A DNA stretch of 63,577 bases, the filler included, from Dugesia japonica (Eukaryota), in the NCBI GenBank assembly GCA_001938525.1. It is 6 parts of 6 records of this genome, joined end to end, with 100 filler letters (N's around TTAATTAATTAA, not from the genome) between each part and the next. Parts side by side here need not be neighbours in the genome. Positions count along the whole stretch, not along the records: positions 40,101 to 54,619 come from MQRL01584296.1; positions 54,720 to 63,577 come from MQRL01366185.1; 4 more parts are not named here. One strand, written 5' to 3'. The translations under genes and the position numbers were made by a program. Positions 51,585 to 63,577 of the stretch are shown here, piece by piece (the first letter of the stretch is position 1; each line of letters starts with the position of its first letter). Under the pieces are notes generated by a model, which was not told where the DNA came from, did no database searches, and saw only the letters and a list, made by a program, of their open reading frames with translations.

Positions 51585-52260
51585 ATTTCATTAAATTAAA
51601 AGCGTCAATCGAAATATGGTTTGCTTTTATATACTACAACCCAAAAAAAACCAAGTCAATTCCTGTTGAAGGCAAAGTTGAATATTCTAAATGCTATCAA
51701 GAAATAAAAAACAAATTAATATAAAAACAATATTTTGATCAAAGATTTAATTTAATGATATCTCAAATACGATCAATGGTTAATTGTTCTATAATTATTC
51801 TGGCAATAATTCCAGTAATTTTTGAAAAATACTATAAATTTTTGTATAAAAAATTTAAACAATTGTCCTTATTGCTAGAATAATTGTTGGACGTAACCAT
51901 TGATCGTTCTTTAGAGTTCATTAAAATAAAAGCTTCGATCAAAATTTGTTTTTTTGGTTTTTGATGATAATTTTATGTTTCAAATTTGTCTTCGTCAGGA
52001 ATTGAATTTTTGATTCATTCAATATTTTTTTTTAAAATAGTAATTTTTTTAAATTAATTTACTTTTACTAAACTTTAATTGGTTAATTTTAATTTTTTTT
52101 AATTTTAATTATTTAATTATTATAGATTATATTGATTTATAAATATAAATATTGAATTAATCAAAAAAGTCAATTCCTGAAGAAGACAAAAGCGAAAATT
52201 AGAATTATTATCAATAACAAAAAAAAATTTTGACCGAAGCTTTTATTTTAAAGAATTCTA
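51585..52260. repeat. Dispersed MITE-like family copies in alternating orientation
   Basis: GATCAATGGTT..TAATTATTCT (~51771) is inverted relative to AGAATAATTGTT..AACCATTGATC (~51878); AAGCTTCGATCAAA (51930) is inverted at ~52230. Confidence 0.7.
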
Positions 52261-53159
52261 AAAATTTAAAATTTTTGACCTTTTTTGAAAATTTTTCTGG
52301 AAATTGCAATTAGTTATTAAATAGATTTTAAAAAATCGATTTCAGTCAAACAAAAAAATGTTTAACTTGTTTTAATTTGTTTAGAAAAAAAAAATTATTT
52401 TTGGGAGTACAGGAATAGTGGCACTCAACCTCTGCACACATTCAATAGCCCCCCCGTGACGCCATATATTAATAAAAGAAGACTGAGTGTGACCTAGTAT
52501 GATATGCTTTATATTTNAAATAATATAACTATTTCAGTATATTTTAATCATCTGATTATCTTCTGATTTTTTGCTTTCTCCTTGGTTCTCCTTGCTCATT
52601 TCTAATCATGCTTGTTCTTTGGTTTTATGGGTTTCTTTTTTCATTTTGATAGCCAATATCCAAATACAATGTTACAAAATAATAGTTCAACATAGAAAAT
52701 ACTGATCTTATCATTAAAAATATTTATCTCAACATTTAAAATATTAGTTTCAATAGATAAATTATTGTTTCATCAATAAAAACATGGGGTTTTATAATGA
52801 AAATGTGCATGTTGTAATGTTAAATATAGGATTTATCATGAAAATACTGGTTTTACCAATAAATATGAGTTTTATAATGAAAAGTTTGGTTTTATCATTG
52901 AATATTAGATCAATAAGTTCGATATATCCAATACACTACATTAGGATTTATTGATCCTTTTAACACTTAGACCAACACAAAGACAAACATGTAATACTTA
53001 CTTAATTATTTCTTATTCAAACTATATTTCGCTTCATTATCAGTAAGTTTCTTTTATTTAAGTTAGAAAAAAGATAGGTAAGGACAAGAGTGAGATGGAT
53101 CAAATTTACTATAACTCGTAAGATTTAATCTGAAATTTTAATGTAGTTGATAAACATTG

Positions 53160-53490
53160 TCGAAAACTGCACAGTAGTCAATAAATATTTTATGAAATTG
53201 CACAGAAGTCGATAAAAATTATCTGAAATTGCACAGTAGTCGATAAATATTTCAAAGTCCTAGGTGAAAGAATGGGAAAATAGTTCAATTATTGCATAGA
53301 AGTATCGAAATATTTTATGCAATTGCACAGTAGTCGATAAAAATTTTATTAAATTGCACAGTAGTCGATAAAAATTTTATTAAATTGCACAGTAGTCGAT
53401 AAAAATTTTATGAAATTGCACAATAGTCACAAATTATTTTATGAAATTGTATAGAAGTATTAAAACATTTTATGAAATTTACATGAAGTA
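53160..53490. repeat. 31-bp minisatellite AAATTGCACAGTAGTCGATAAAAATTTTAT(T/G)
   Basis: About 9 head-to-tail copies, near-perfect at ~53320-53420. Confidence 0.88.
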
Positions 53491-54619
53491 TAAAAGATGA
53501 ATACAATATGAATATCCTTCACGTGGCAATCTAACATTATTCAAGGAAAGGAATAAATGGAAATTATGGAATCTATTACTGACAATTCTCATGATCCTCT
53601 AATTCATTTATATAATTACTTAGTTAAACCTTGATTTCAAATTTAAATATTCTCCATGGGAAGTATTGAGTATTAATAATTCGATTTTATATATTTTTGT
53701 AAAACATTTATCAGTTTTAACCTGTTCTAATACTCTTCAAATTCATTTACCCATCGATCACTAAATTAATGGTTTAGTTTTTCATCGCTGATACCTGATA
53801 GTCAACCATTTAATTCATAATAAATATATATACTTTTCAACTTATAAATGGTTAATTATTCACATATTTTCACCTTAATATAGAAATTTCGTTTAAAAAT
53901 AGATTTCTAATGTGTTTATTCACCAAATAATCATATATTTGTAACATACATTTTATTCAAGCATTACAATTCTAACCAATTATTCATTAACCTATTATTA
54001 ACCTTGCAAATCAATTAATTTATTTATTTAAAATTTTTATTAATTACTTAGTTAAATGTTCACAGTAATTTTATTCAATCAATGTAACATTTAGAACCAA
54101 TATATAAAAAATTATAAATTCAATTTTAAAATTGTAATATCCTAATTGAAAATATAAAATTGTAAATGATTTTTCCTCTTTATAATTGTAAAAGCTTAAA
54201 TTTCACTTATTATTTTAAAAAGTCTCAAGTGACTGTATTTTACACTTTAAATTGAGGGTTTAGATTCTTTTCTCATAATTATTTGAAAAATTATTTATTC
54301 AATAAATTATTTAAGTCCCTTTCAATAAATATTTAAAATTATTTCAAATTATCTAATGCTTAATAAAAATTTCAATTATTATAACTTAAACTTTAATTAA
54401 ATTGTACGATGAAAAAATAGAACAATTTATTAAAAATCCACAAAATCTAATTCAATTTTCAAAATTTTAAGTAAAAATATAGATCAGGTTAAATAAAAAG
54501 TATATTTACTACTAGTAAAGACATGTAAATAGTGGATTAAAACCAATAAGTAATAGAAAATACTAGTATTCAGTAAGAAAATCATTGATGATTGAAATCC
54601 AGTGCACTGCGATCAGAAT

Positions 54620-54719
54620 NNNNNNNNNNNNNNNNNNNNNNNNNNNNNNNNNNNNNNNNNNNNTTAATTAATTAANNNNNNNNNNNNNNNNNNNNNNNNN
54701 NNNNNNNNNNNNNNNNNNN
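54620..54719. other. Artificial scaffold linker
   Basis: N44-TTAATTAATTAA-N44. Confidence 0.95.
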
Positions 54720-54969
54720 TTAATCCTATTACGTAAAATTTCACCGATGAAATTAATCTCATGACATAATTTGTGTGCAAAAAATTTTTCCAACTAAATA
54801 CACAGGAAAAAAGTTACCCCAAATTAAATACTATTACCTAATGATGCAATTTATGATGCAATTTTTAAATTCCCAACTAAATACATTAGGATTAAATTTC
54901 GTTACGTAACGTTGGGTGGGGTGGTTACTGAATTTGTGCGTGGTGTGGACTGCCACTATCCATCTACTA

Positions 54970-57900
54970 ATATGGTATAGATGATGATGGGTTTCCAAGA
55001 ACATGTAGTAAAGCTAAGAAAATGAAAGTGGGAATTCTCATTAATAAACAAGGGAAACCAACTAGGATGGACAAATGAGATATACAGTGCGAGGACCTTA
55101 TAACTCACCAATCAGTACTATATCCAATCCATCATTGAAAGCAAGCGCTCCAATGGAAAGTTATACCTTACCTCCGTCTAGATATCCAACTTGGGAATTG
55201 GATGAACTAAAAAAGCACATAGATAACTGAGATATGGAGAAAATCTTAGAATATGTTAACACTAAACCAGGATCACGAAGATTAGTAAGCACTATATTTG
55301 AAAAACGAGCTGGTCAACAATTGCTAACAAACTATACTCAAGAAGATTTGGCAAAAATATTTCAAAACTGGGAACAAGAACAAACTAGAATAAGAAACTT
55401 ATCATATCTGAACCCAGAGTAGGTTAGACGAGATTCGCGAATCAGAACTATCAGTTGCAAGAAAATCGCATGAATAATCAAACAGAACAAAATTTTGATA
55501 AACAAATAGAAAACATGTTGGGGATTTCAACATTTATGTCAACTCTCATGGTAAATTCAGATTATTCTCAACAGCCAACTATTAAAATCAGAATTAATAA
55601 ACATGTGGTCTACGCTATGATAGATTCAGGATCATACAAAACGATAGTAGAAGCCAATCTACTGAATAAAACAGAAACTGAAAATGTAGTTAAAGAACAA
55701 TCAGACATTACTGCAGCAAATGGAGGAAGATTAAATATAATAGGATATCTAGTTTGCAATATTAAATTATGTGATCAAGACATAAAACAAGAAATAAAAG
55801 TTATGAGATTTCCAGTTGAATGCATACTAGGTATGAACGTGTTAAAGAAGCTCAAGAATATAGTCTTTCATTGTGACACAATTGGTGAAACTAGCCAGAA
55901 AGCAAAAAAAAGAAATACAATGAACACTTAGCTTATATTGATAGACATGGAAAGCCACCCATTACCATTATTAAAATAGATATTCGATAAAAAAAAAGTA
56001 TTTTATTACTTTGTAGGAGAAGCACAAAAGTGCTTTCATTAAATCATTTGTACTGATGAAACGAAATTAATGACCGCATTTTCAACAAATATGGGTCATT
56101 ATGAGTATAATGTTATACTGTTTGGACTTACAGGAGCCTCGGCGACATTTCAAAGAACTATGAATAAAATTCTAGAAGGCGTGCATGAACATTTCGGAAA
56201 TTTGGAAGAAGTGTTTACTAGATTAGAAAAAGCAAACATTAAATCAAAGCCTACAAATTGTAAATGGGCTGAGGAAGAAGTCACTTATGTGGGTCATGTA
56301 ATATCTCGGAAAGAGATAAGACCCGACTCAGCAAATATAATAAAAGTACAAAAATTTCCTCAACCGAAAAATCCAAAGAGTCCCTTGGATTAGCAGGATA
56401 TTATAGAAAATTTATTAGAGATTTTTCAGCAATAGCATTCCCTCTAACACAGTTGGAAAAACTGGGAATTATATTTGTATGGGGAAAAGAACAAGAAAAA
56501 GCGTTCGAGATGCTAAAGAATTTATTAATATCGGCAGCAATACTTAAATATCCTAATTTTGAAAAACAGTTCATGGTGATGACTGATGCCAGTAATAAAG
56601 GAGTTGACGCCGTGTTAGGCCAACTCGATGAAAACGACAATGAATGTGATATAGCTTATGAAAGTAGAGAATTGAAGCCTCGGGAGAAAATTTATGCTGT
56701 GGTAGAGTAAGAGACTCTTGCAGTAATATTCGCAATTGATAAATTTAGAAATTATCTTTGGGGTTGAAAAATTATAATCTATACCGATCACAAGCCAATA
56801 CAATAGTTGATGAAGCATAAAAACGATTCATCTAGACTAATTAGATGGGCATTGAAATTACAGCCATATTATATACATATCATTTACAGATAAGGAAAAT
56901 AGAACTCAAATGCAGATACATTATCGCGGATGAACCACGATGACGAACCGAAAGACATTAAAGAGGGACAATCTTTACAATTCTTAAAATGGCAAACAAC
57001 CAAACCGAGGTGATCAAAGCTCAATAAGAAGATGAAGAAATTAATCAAATAAAACAAGTTTTAGAAACTGGAATAGTACCAGTCGAATTTGAGAAATTTT
57101 CATCAAAGAACCAAGGAAACATTTTATTGGAAGATGGATTGGTTAAATATCAGGAAGCAACTGATAATGTTGTAATGGTACCAAAAACTCTTAGAAATGC
57201 TTTGATGCTACAATATCATGATGGGCGATTGGGAGGACATCTCTCAGCCATGAAAACAATTTCAAGACTAAGGCAGAAATATTTCTGGCTGGAAATTTGT
57301 CAAGAAGTAAAGAAATTGTGTCAAACATGCAAAGTGTGTGATACCAAACAAAAAACAACAGTACCATTGAAACCAATGTCAGTTTCTAGCGATGAATGTG
57401 TTTGGACCATTTAAACCTACAAATGATTGAAATAAGTTTATATTAGTAGCCTGTATTTATCTCATAAAATGGCCTGAAGCTTTCATAATGCCGGACCATA
57501 AAGCCGATACAATGGCTAGAATCTTTGTGAAACATAAAATAATAAAAAAATAAGAAGTTGTTAACCGACAGAGACAAAGATTTTATGAGCAATTTATTAA
57601 AAGGAATAAATGAGTATTTTGGAATATTAAAATTGAATANNNNNNNNNNNNNNNNNNNNNNNNNNNNNNNNNNNNNNNNNNNNNNNNNNNNNNNNNNNNA
57701 AATCTATCATCATATGCTACCTCTGAGCAAACTGACTGGTATATTCACATACTCACATGCTTATTTGGTATTGTAACGAAGTACATTCAAGTACAGAATA
57801 TTCGCCGTTTTATTTGATGTATCTGAGTAATAGTAATATGCCGATGGATCTCGTATTTCAAACAATATAATCACAGTACCTGGATGAGAGCAATTATCTG

Positions 57901-58930
57901 CTCAAACTACAAGATAGAATGTAAATAGCTTGGTCAAAAGCTAACTTAAGTTTTAAATATTCACAAGAAGGAATGAAGGAGGCATATGATATAAAGACTA
58001 AACCACACGAGTTTAAAGTGCAAGATTTAGTAATGGTCGAAGGACATAATAATATCAAAGGTTTGTCACCGAAGTTGATACAAAATTATAAGGGACCTTA
58101 TGAGATACTAAAAACGACTGAAACTAATTTGGTCCTGCAATTGTGTTCTAACAGAAAAGCGGAACCTATACTGGCACATGCAAATAGATGCAAAAGGTAT
58201 TATACAAATAGCGATCAAAATAAAATAAGATAAAAGACAAAAGTCAAGGAAAAGGCAAAAAGGCCTTCAACAAATACTCAAGGATCTAGCAATAGATATC
58301 GACTAAGATCGCAAAATTTAATGATTATTGCAATAATAAGCTGTCTTAATGTGGTCAGTGCACAAATTGAATTCCAACCCAAAGCAATACCTATGGAGAA
58401 AATAATACTACGTAGATGGTATCACAGATTCTCAATAAAGACAACTGTTGAACATTTAATTACCATATAGCGTTTATTTCCGATGGAACAGTAACATATT
58501 ATAAGATAAGACATAGGAATAGAGAGGTTAATATCACTAATTTAAAGGTTTATCATGATATTTTATGCCGTGTTGGTATCAGCAATTCAAATCCGAATAT
58601 TGGGGGACTGAACAATCCACAGAATGGTATCTTAAAACCTTTCCAATAAACAAAGTAGTAATATCTTACCAAAAACCATGTCTATTCTTCAAGCAAGTAT
58701 ATGCAGAGCAGGAGGAAACGCTAATCGAACTTCACTACCAAGCACTAAATGCTAAGATTCTTTTGGACCAGAAAGTTAATGTCGGAAGATGGTGCTCTGA
58801 ACTCAACTATAATATAACAATTAGGTATTATCGACAGCAAGAGGGATCAGCAACCACCTATTTGGTATTTTCAGAGGAAATAAAACCAAGCAAGGTTATC
58901 GTTAGTTCAACTAGTAAGAAACCTATTTCC
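54970..58930 (+). mobile_element. Decayed Ty3/Gypsy element: gag remnant, protease, RT, RNase H, integrase, env-like tail
   Basis: AMIDSGS and CILGMN (aspartic protease), TAFST..GHYEYNV..FGL..A.ATFQ, VMTDASNKG, YTDHKP, ADTLSR, YHD...GGH...C..C, YKGPYEI, followed by a signal-peptide-like segment. Confidence 0.92.
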
Positions 58931-58959
58931 AGAAAAGTAAATGCAAACTTCTGGAATAA

Positions 58960-60180
58960 AATCAAATCATGTTAAACAAATGTTAACGTAGAAAAGGCAG
59001 CACTTAAAGAGACCTTAGTGCAGTTTGTGTTTCTCATTTGAGTTCATTTTTAGTATAAACAAACTATTATCGAACATTTATTCAAGAATATGCAAAACTT
59101 GCAGCATTATTATATGCTGTCATTTTAGGCGGAGATAAGATTTTACAATGAACTGCTCGGCATCAACAAAGTTTTCAAAATCTAAAGCATAGATTAAGAA
59201 ATACACCAATATTAAACTCCCTTTTTTGTGTTTGATACAGATGCTAGATTTTGGTGCCTTTAAAGCAGTACTTAGTCAAAGCTGAGAAGACGGAACTAAG
59301 GTAGTTAGTGCAAATGGATCAAAGCATATGTCGGCTCAGAAGCTAGGATACTATGTAACAAGAAATGAGTTGTTAGTCTTATACTAACTTGTTTTGCATT
59401 TTAAACAATATCTATTTGGTAAACAGTTAATTACACGCATGGATCATAAAGACTTAGTATTTATGAATTCTACAAAGAATCCTATCAGTTCTCAATTTCA
59501 GACATGGTTGTAAAATTTATCTGATTTAATTTTGAGTTAAAGTACAGAAAAGACAAGGAGCATGGTACTGCTGATGAGATATCAAGGATTTCTCACATCA
59601 CATGCGCGCAGTGCCAGATAAAACACAGTTATGTCAAGATAGAAAACCCCAAGACAAGATATATCCTCGCGATGCGGAGGATATTGGTCGGCTGAAGAGA
59701 ATAAAACGTAAACAAAATTCAGGTCCAGTTATTAATGTGTTCACGAAATTTTTACCATGGTAGAGCGGTGAGTTGTCAGAGGTTTCAGAAAAGAATATTC
59801 TATATTCCATGAGAAAAAGGCTTAATGTAGTGAACAATTTGCTAGTTCTAAAAAAAGATTATAAAAATCTTATTTTAATATCAGAGAAATTTTTACAGGA
59901 GTTCGTAACAAATATTCATTCAGAATTATGTTATTTTGGAAACAAGAAGATATTCATTTATTTATAAGATCATTATTACTAGCCATCGATGTAAAATTCA
60001 ATCAGCTCATGGTTGAAAGATAGTTTTGTTTGTGCTAGGAGAAAAATAGACCAGACTCGTACAAAAGAAATATTGATTTCAAGAAAAATCTCGAATTTCG
60101 ATTAACAGATTGTGATAGATGTGGCTTTCATGAAAAATCTGGAGCATACTATAAGTATTTGGTTGTTATTAAAATAACAC
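58960..60180 (+). mobile_element. Second Gypsy pol fragment (RNase H to integrase)
   Basis: NYYRTFIQEYAKLA, DTDA, HFKQYLFGKQ...DHK, ADEISR..C..C, IHSELC. Confidence 0.85.
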
Positions 60181-60599
60181 CTAGGGTAATAAAANNNNNN
60201 NNNNNNNNNNNNNNNNNNNNNNNNNNNNNNNNNNNNNNNNNNNNNNNNNAAAATAAAATTTTTTCATATTTAAATGCAAAAAAGTTTTGAAATGAAAATT
60301 TTAACTTTAGTTATTTTTATTTTTTCTATTTTAATATTTGTTTTAATACAAAAATGTTAAATGTTTTTAATTTTGCTTATATAAATATTAATATTGTATT
60401 ATATATTAACTATTGTAATATTTCCTTAATTTAATTTATTGTGATGATTAAATCAGTTAAAATATTAACGTATTAACTTTTAACATATCTATAATTTATG
60501 TAGCATATTCCTATTTTTAATGTGCAATAATTAGATTAATGATATGGAATTAAATGGATATTTTTACATTTAATACTCATCTAATTTTTTATTTAATAG

Positions 60600-60791
60600 G
60601 TATTACCAACGTGGTTAGTAAAAGATTGGTGGAAAAAGTATCCACAATTTCTTTTCCCATTTGTAGTAATTTATATTGGTAATTATATCTTCGAAGGAAA
60701 TGCTGATAAGCACTATGTTAGGTATAAAGGAAAAAGTGTGATGTTTCAAAATAAGAAACTGCCCGATGGAGCAGATCCGTGGACATATTAA
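60600..60791 (+). CDS. NDUFB1: Probable NADH:ubiquinone oxidoreductase MNLL subunit (NDUFB1-like) exon
   Basis: After acceptor TTTAATAG: VLPTWLVKDWWKKYPQFLFPFVVIYIGNYIFEGNADKHYVRYKGKSVMFQNKKLPDGADPWTY*; single TM then IG.Y...(F/Y)..KS.(L/M)F...L.....W as in NDUFB1; start-codon exon not located. Confidence 0.65.
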   Translation, partial: VLPTWLVKDWWKKYPQFLFPFVVIYIGNYIFEGNADKHYVRYKGKSVMFQNKKLPDGADPWTY

Positions 60792-61699
60792 TTAGCTTCA
60801 AATAAATAGCTTCTTAGTATTATTTAATGTTATATTTTGTAGCAATTTAATAATAGAAGATTTTATAATAAATTCCTTTGTTTTTGTTAAAATTAATTCT
60901 AAACTTATAGATTAATATAATAGCTATAATGTTATATAAAGATTGTAATGGCAGATGAATTACGCCATGATGCACTAAGAATAAAATTATTTTGCACGTT
61001 AATAAATATTAAAAAACAAAATGTTTTATGAATATTGATGGAAACAATTTTTTGCAATTAATTTATTTTCTGGCATAAAATGAGGTTTAATATAGGTAAA
61101 ATGAAATTTCAGCAACAATTTCTGAAAATTAATTAACTATTTAACTGACGTTTTTAAAAAAAATAACAAATTTAAAAATATTAATGGTAATTGTTATACT
61201 ACTAGCAAGTTTACATAGACAACTAAATGGTTAAATTATTTCATTTAAATTATAAATAATTGATTTGTAACTAAGTTTTAATTAAATTTGCGATTGTTCG
61301 CTTCTATATTATTTCAATCAAGTATTATTGATATTTCTAAAAATTGCTCTTATTCTTAAAAATTAAAATCGATTTAGTGTTTAATCCAATAGAGTGAAGA
61401 GATTTATATATTTTCTTAATAACGAAGTAATTAAAATTGAATACTAACCTTAATTAAGATAACACTATTACCATTTATTAAGGCACAACTGCCAATTTTA
61501 TTATAATATACTTCAATATAAAAATTGAAAATTTTGAAACAAGATGTAGCCAGTAATTTTCTGAGCCTGCAGATCTTGGTGATGATATAAATTTAATATA
61601 AAATTAAAAATATTGAATTATATTTATAAAGAAATGTTGGAGATAAAAACTATAAATTTTAAAAATGAAGTGAATAAAAATATATGTGATTTAATAGAA

Positions 61700-63030
61700 C
61701 GATTTACAGAAATTTTTTATGAAAGATAAATGAGATGTAGGTATGATTGCACTATTGAAACATGAAATTGTTATCCACGGGGTCCAGTTGTTAAAAATTC
61801 TAGGTGACAACCTGTTCATTTAGAAGATAAAATTAACAAGGCTGCTTTAGAAATGGAAGAAAAGGGTATAATTAAACAATGTGATTCTGAGTGGAAAAGT
61901 CTGTTAGTTTGTGATTGGAAGAAAGATATTAGAATTTGCTTGAATTTTAGATTATTGAATAATATAACTAAGAAATAATTGTTACTAATACTAAAGATAG
62001 GAGAAATGTTAGACATTTTGAATAGATCAAAATATTTTACAACGATATACTTGAGTAATACATACTACCAGGTTGAATTAGAGGAAAGTTCAAAATACAA
62101 AACGGCATTTTCTACAAAATTTGGTCAATTTTGTTTCAATCGAATGCCATTTGGAATAGCTGCAGCTCTAGCAACATTTCAAATATTAATGACAAAAGTT
62201 TAAGGACACTTAAATTGGAAGGAAGTAATTGCTTATCTTGATATACTGATATTTTCTAAAACTGAGAAAGAAAATAAAAAAATATTGGAAAATGTTTTTA
62301 ATCAAATCAAAAATTCAGGTTTTAAATTTAGTCTTGATAAGCATGTATATATGAAAAGTAAGATTAAGTTTCTGGATTATATCATTTCAAAAGATAGTTT
62401 AAAAACAGATCTACAATATAGAAAAACAATTAAAAAATTTCAACAACCTAGATTTTAAAAAACTTTGTGAATTTAATTATTACAAAAAATTTATTAAAGA
62501 TTATACAAAAAACACTCGAGTATATTAGAGAATTTATGTGGAAATCATAAAATTTAATTAATTTGGTCAAATCAATATAAACAAAGTTTGGAAGCTTTAA
62601 AACGAGAATTAATGAAGGTTCCTATACTTAATTATTCAGATTTATCCCAAGAATTTATACTAGATACAGATGCTAGTTTTTACACAATTGATAGAGTATT
62701 ATCGAAGTTAGATGAGCAAGAAAACGAACGGGTTATAGCTTATGAATCAAAAGCAATGAGTAAAAATGAATTAGGTTATTGTATAACCTGAAAAGAGCTT
62801 CTAGCCATATATTATTTGACGAACATTATAAACACTATTTATACAAAAAATGATTTAAACTTCAAACTGATCACAAAGCTATAACTTTAATGTTTAATAC
62901 AAAAAATTCAATTACTCAATAATTACAGACATGGATCAATTATTTATGGAATATAGAAAAGAAGAATAACATTTAAATGCTAACGCAATGTCGAGGAATA
63001 ATTGCGAAAAATGTATTTCATGCAAGGACG
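61700..63030 (+). mobile_element. Ty3/Gypsy RT-RNase H relic
   Basis: QPVHLEDKI...KGIIKQCDSEW, IRICLNFRLLN, KTAFSTKFGQFCFNRMPFG, FILDTDASF, YCIT*KELLAI, TDHKAI, ANAMSR..CEKC. Confidence 0.9.
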
Positions 63031-63210
63031 GATACATATGAGGGCTATGAGGTCGATTGGTCTCCATAACTGGATATAGAAAAATCTATATAACGATAAG
63101 AAACGACTACCCACCTAAATATTAGGAGTATGAATAAAAAAGTAAATAAGAAATGATTAAAAACAATTTTATATCCAAAAGTCAAAAGAATATGATGAAA
63201 ATAATTGTCA

Positions 63211-63577
63211 AAAGTAGACAGATAGTGGCGCACTAAATCACTATCTATCTATTGTAAAAATATTATTTATTAAAAATGATAAGTTAAATAAATTTTTTAT
63301 TAAAAATTAACCTTAAATTAAAATTTTTATTGTTTGTTTTTTATTGTTATTTCCTCTGGAACATGTTTTCGCGATTTTTACCCGTGTTATTTTTACTTAG
63401 CATAAATGGGTTGATGATAAAATTTGAATTACGTTTTTTTTTCGAAACATCTATGTAAAATATTGAAAAAACCAAAAATTATCCCAGTCAAATTCTAAAA
63501 GTTTTTGAAACATGAGCATAAAAATTATTTTTGAAAATTTTTTAAAAATTTGGGCTATTCACCCAGATTCCCATGAA
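63211..63577 (+). repeat. Interspersed repeat, copy 2 (see 40166-40580)
   Basis: Direct sequence similarity between the two loci. Confidence 0.8.

Noticed and set aside
53160-53490. CRISPR-like array
   Set aside because: The 31-bp units are head-to-tail with no unique spacers and no cas genes, in a eukaryotic context; it is a minisatellite.

Overview
Very AT-rich eukaryotic (probably animal) genomic DNA dominated by decayed mobile elements. Five identical 100-nt linkers (N44-TTAATTAATTAA-N44) show that it is a stitched scaffold, so adjacency across them is not guaranteed. Two host genes are visible: the last four exons of mitochondrial CLPX (2321-5450) and a probable NDUFB1-like complex I exon (60600-60791). 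The centrepiece is a ~10.8 kb endogenous Polinton/Maverick (adintovirus-like) element at 27122-~37880. Its + arm carries two orphan ORFs, a double-jelly-roll-type major capsid gene, a Zn-finger/parvovirus-type PLA2/retroviral-integrase fusion and an A32-like packaging ATPase. Its convergent - arm carries a truncated protein-primed PolB, a protein of three tandem ~180-aa domains, a 2-TM protein and an EIQNEN-repeat protein. Both ends are inverted arrays of a 7-bp unit (AAATGTT/AAATGTG/AAATGCG). This copy is defective (nonsense codons, frameshifts, internal deletions). Also present: a fragment of a second Maverick type, several Ty3/Gypsy relics (one with an env-like ORF, one split by a solo LTR), Tc1/mariner, hAT, Merlin and Penelope relics, a hAT MITE, minisatellites and a cluster of RFX X-box-like motifs. 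All family assignments come from motif recognition by eye, not from database searches.
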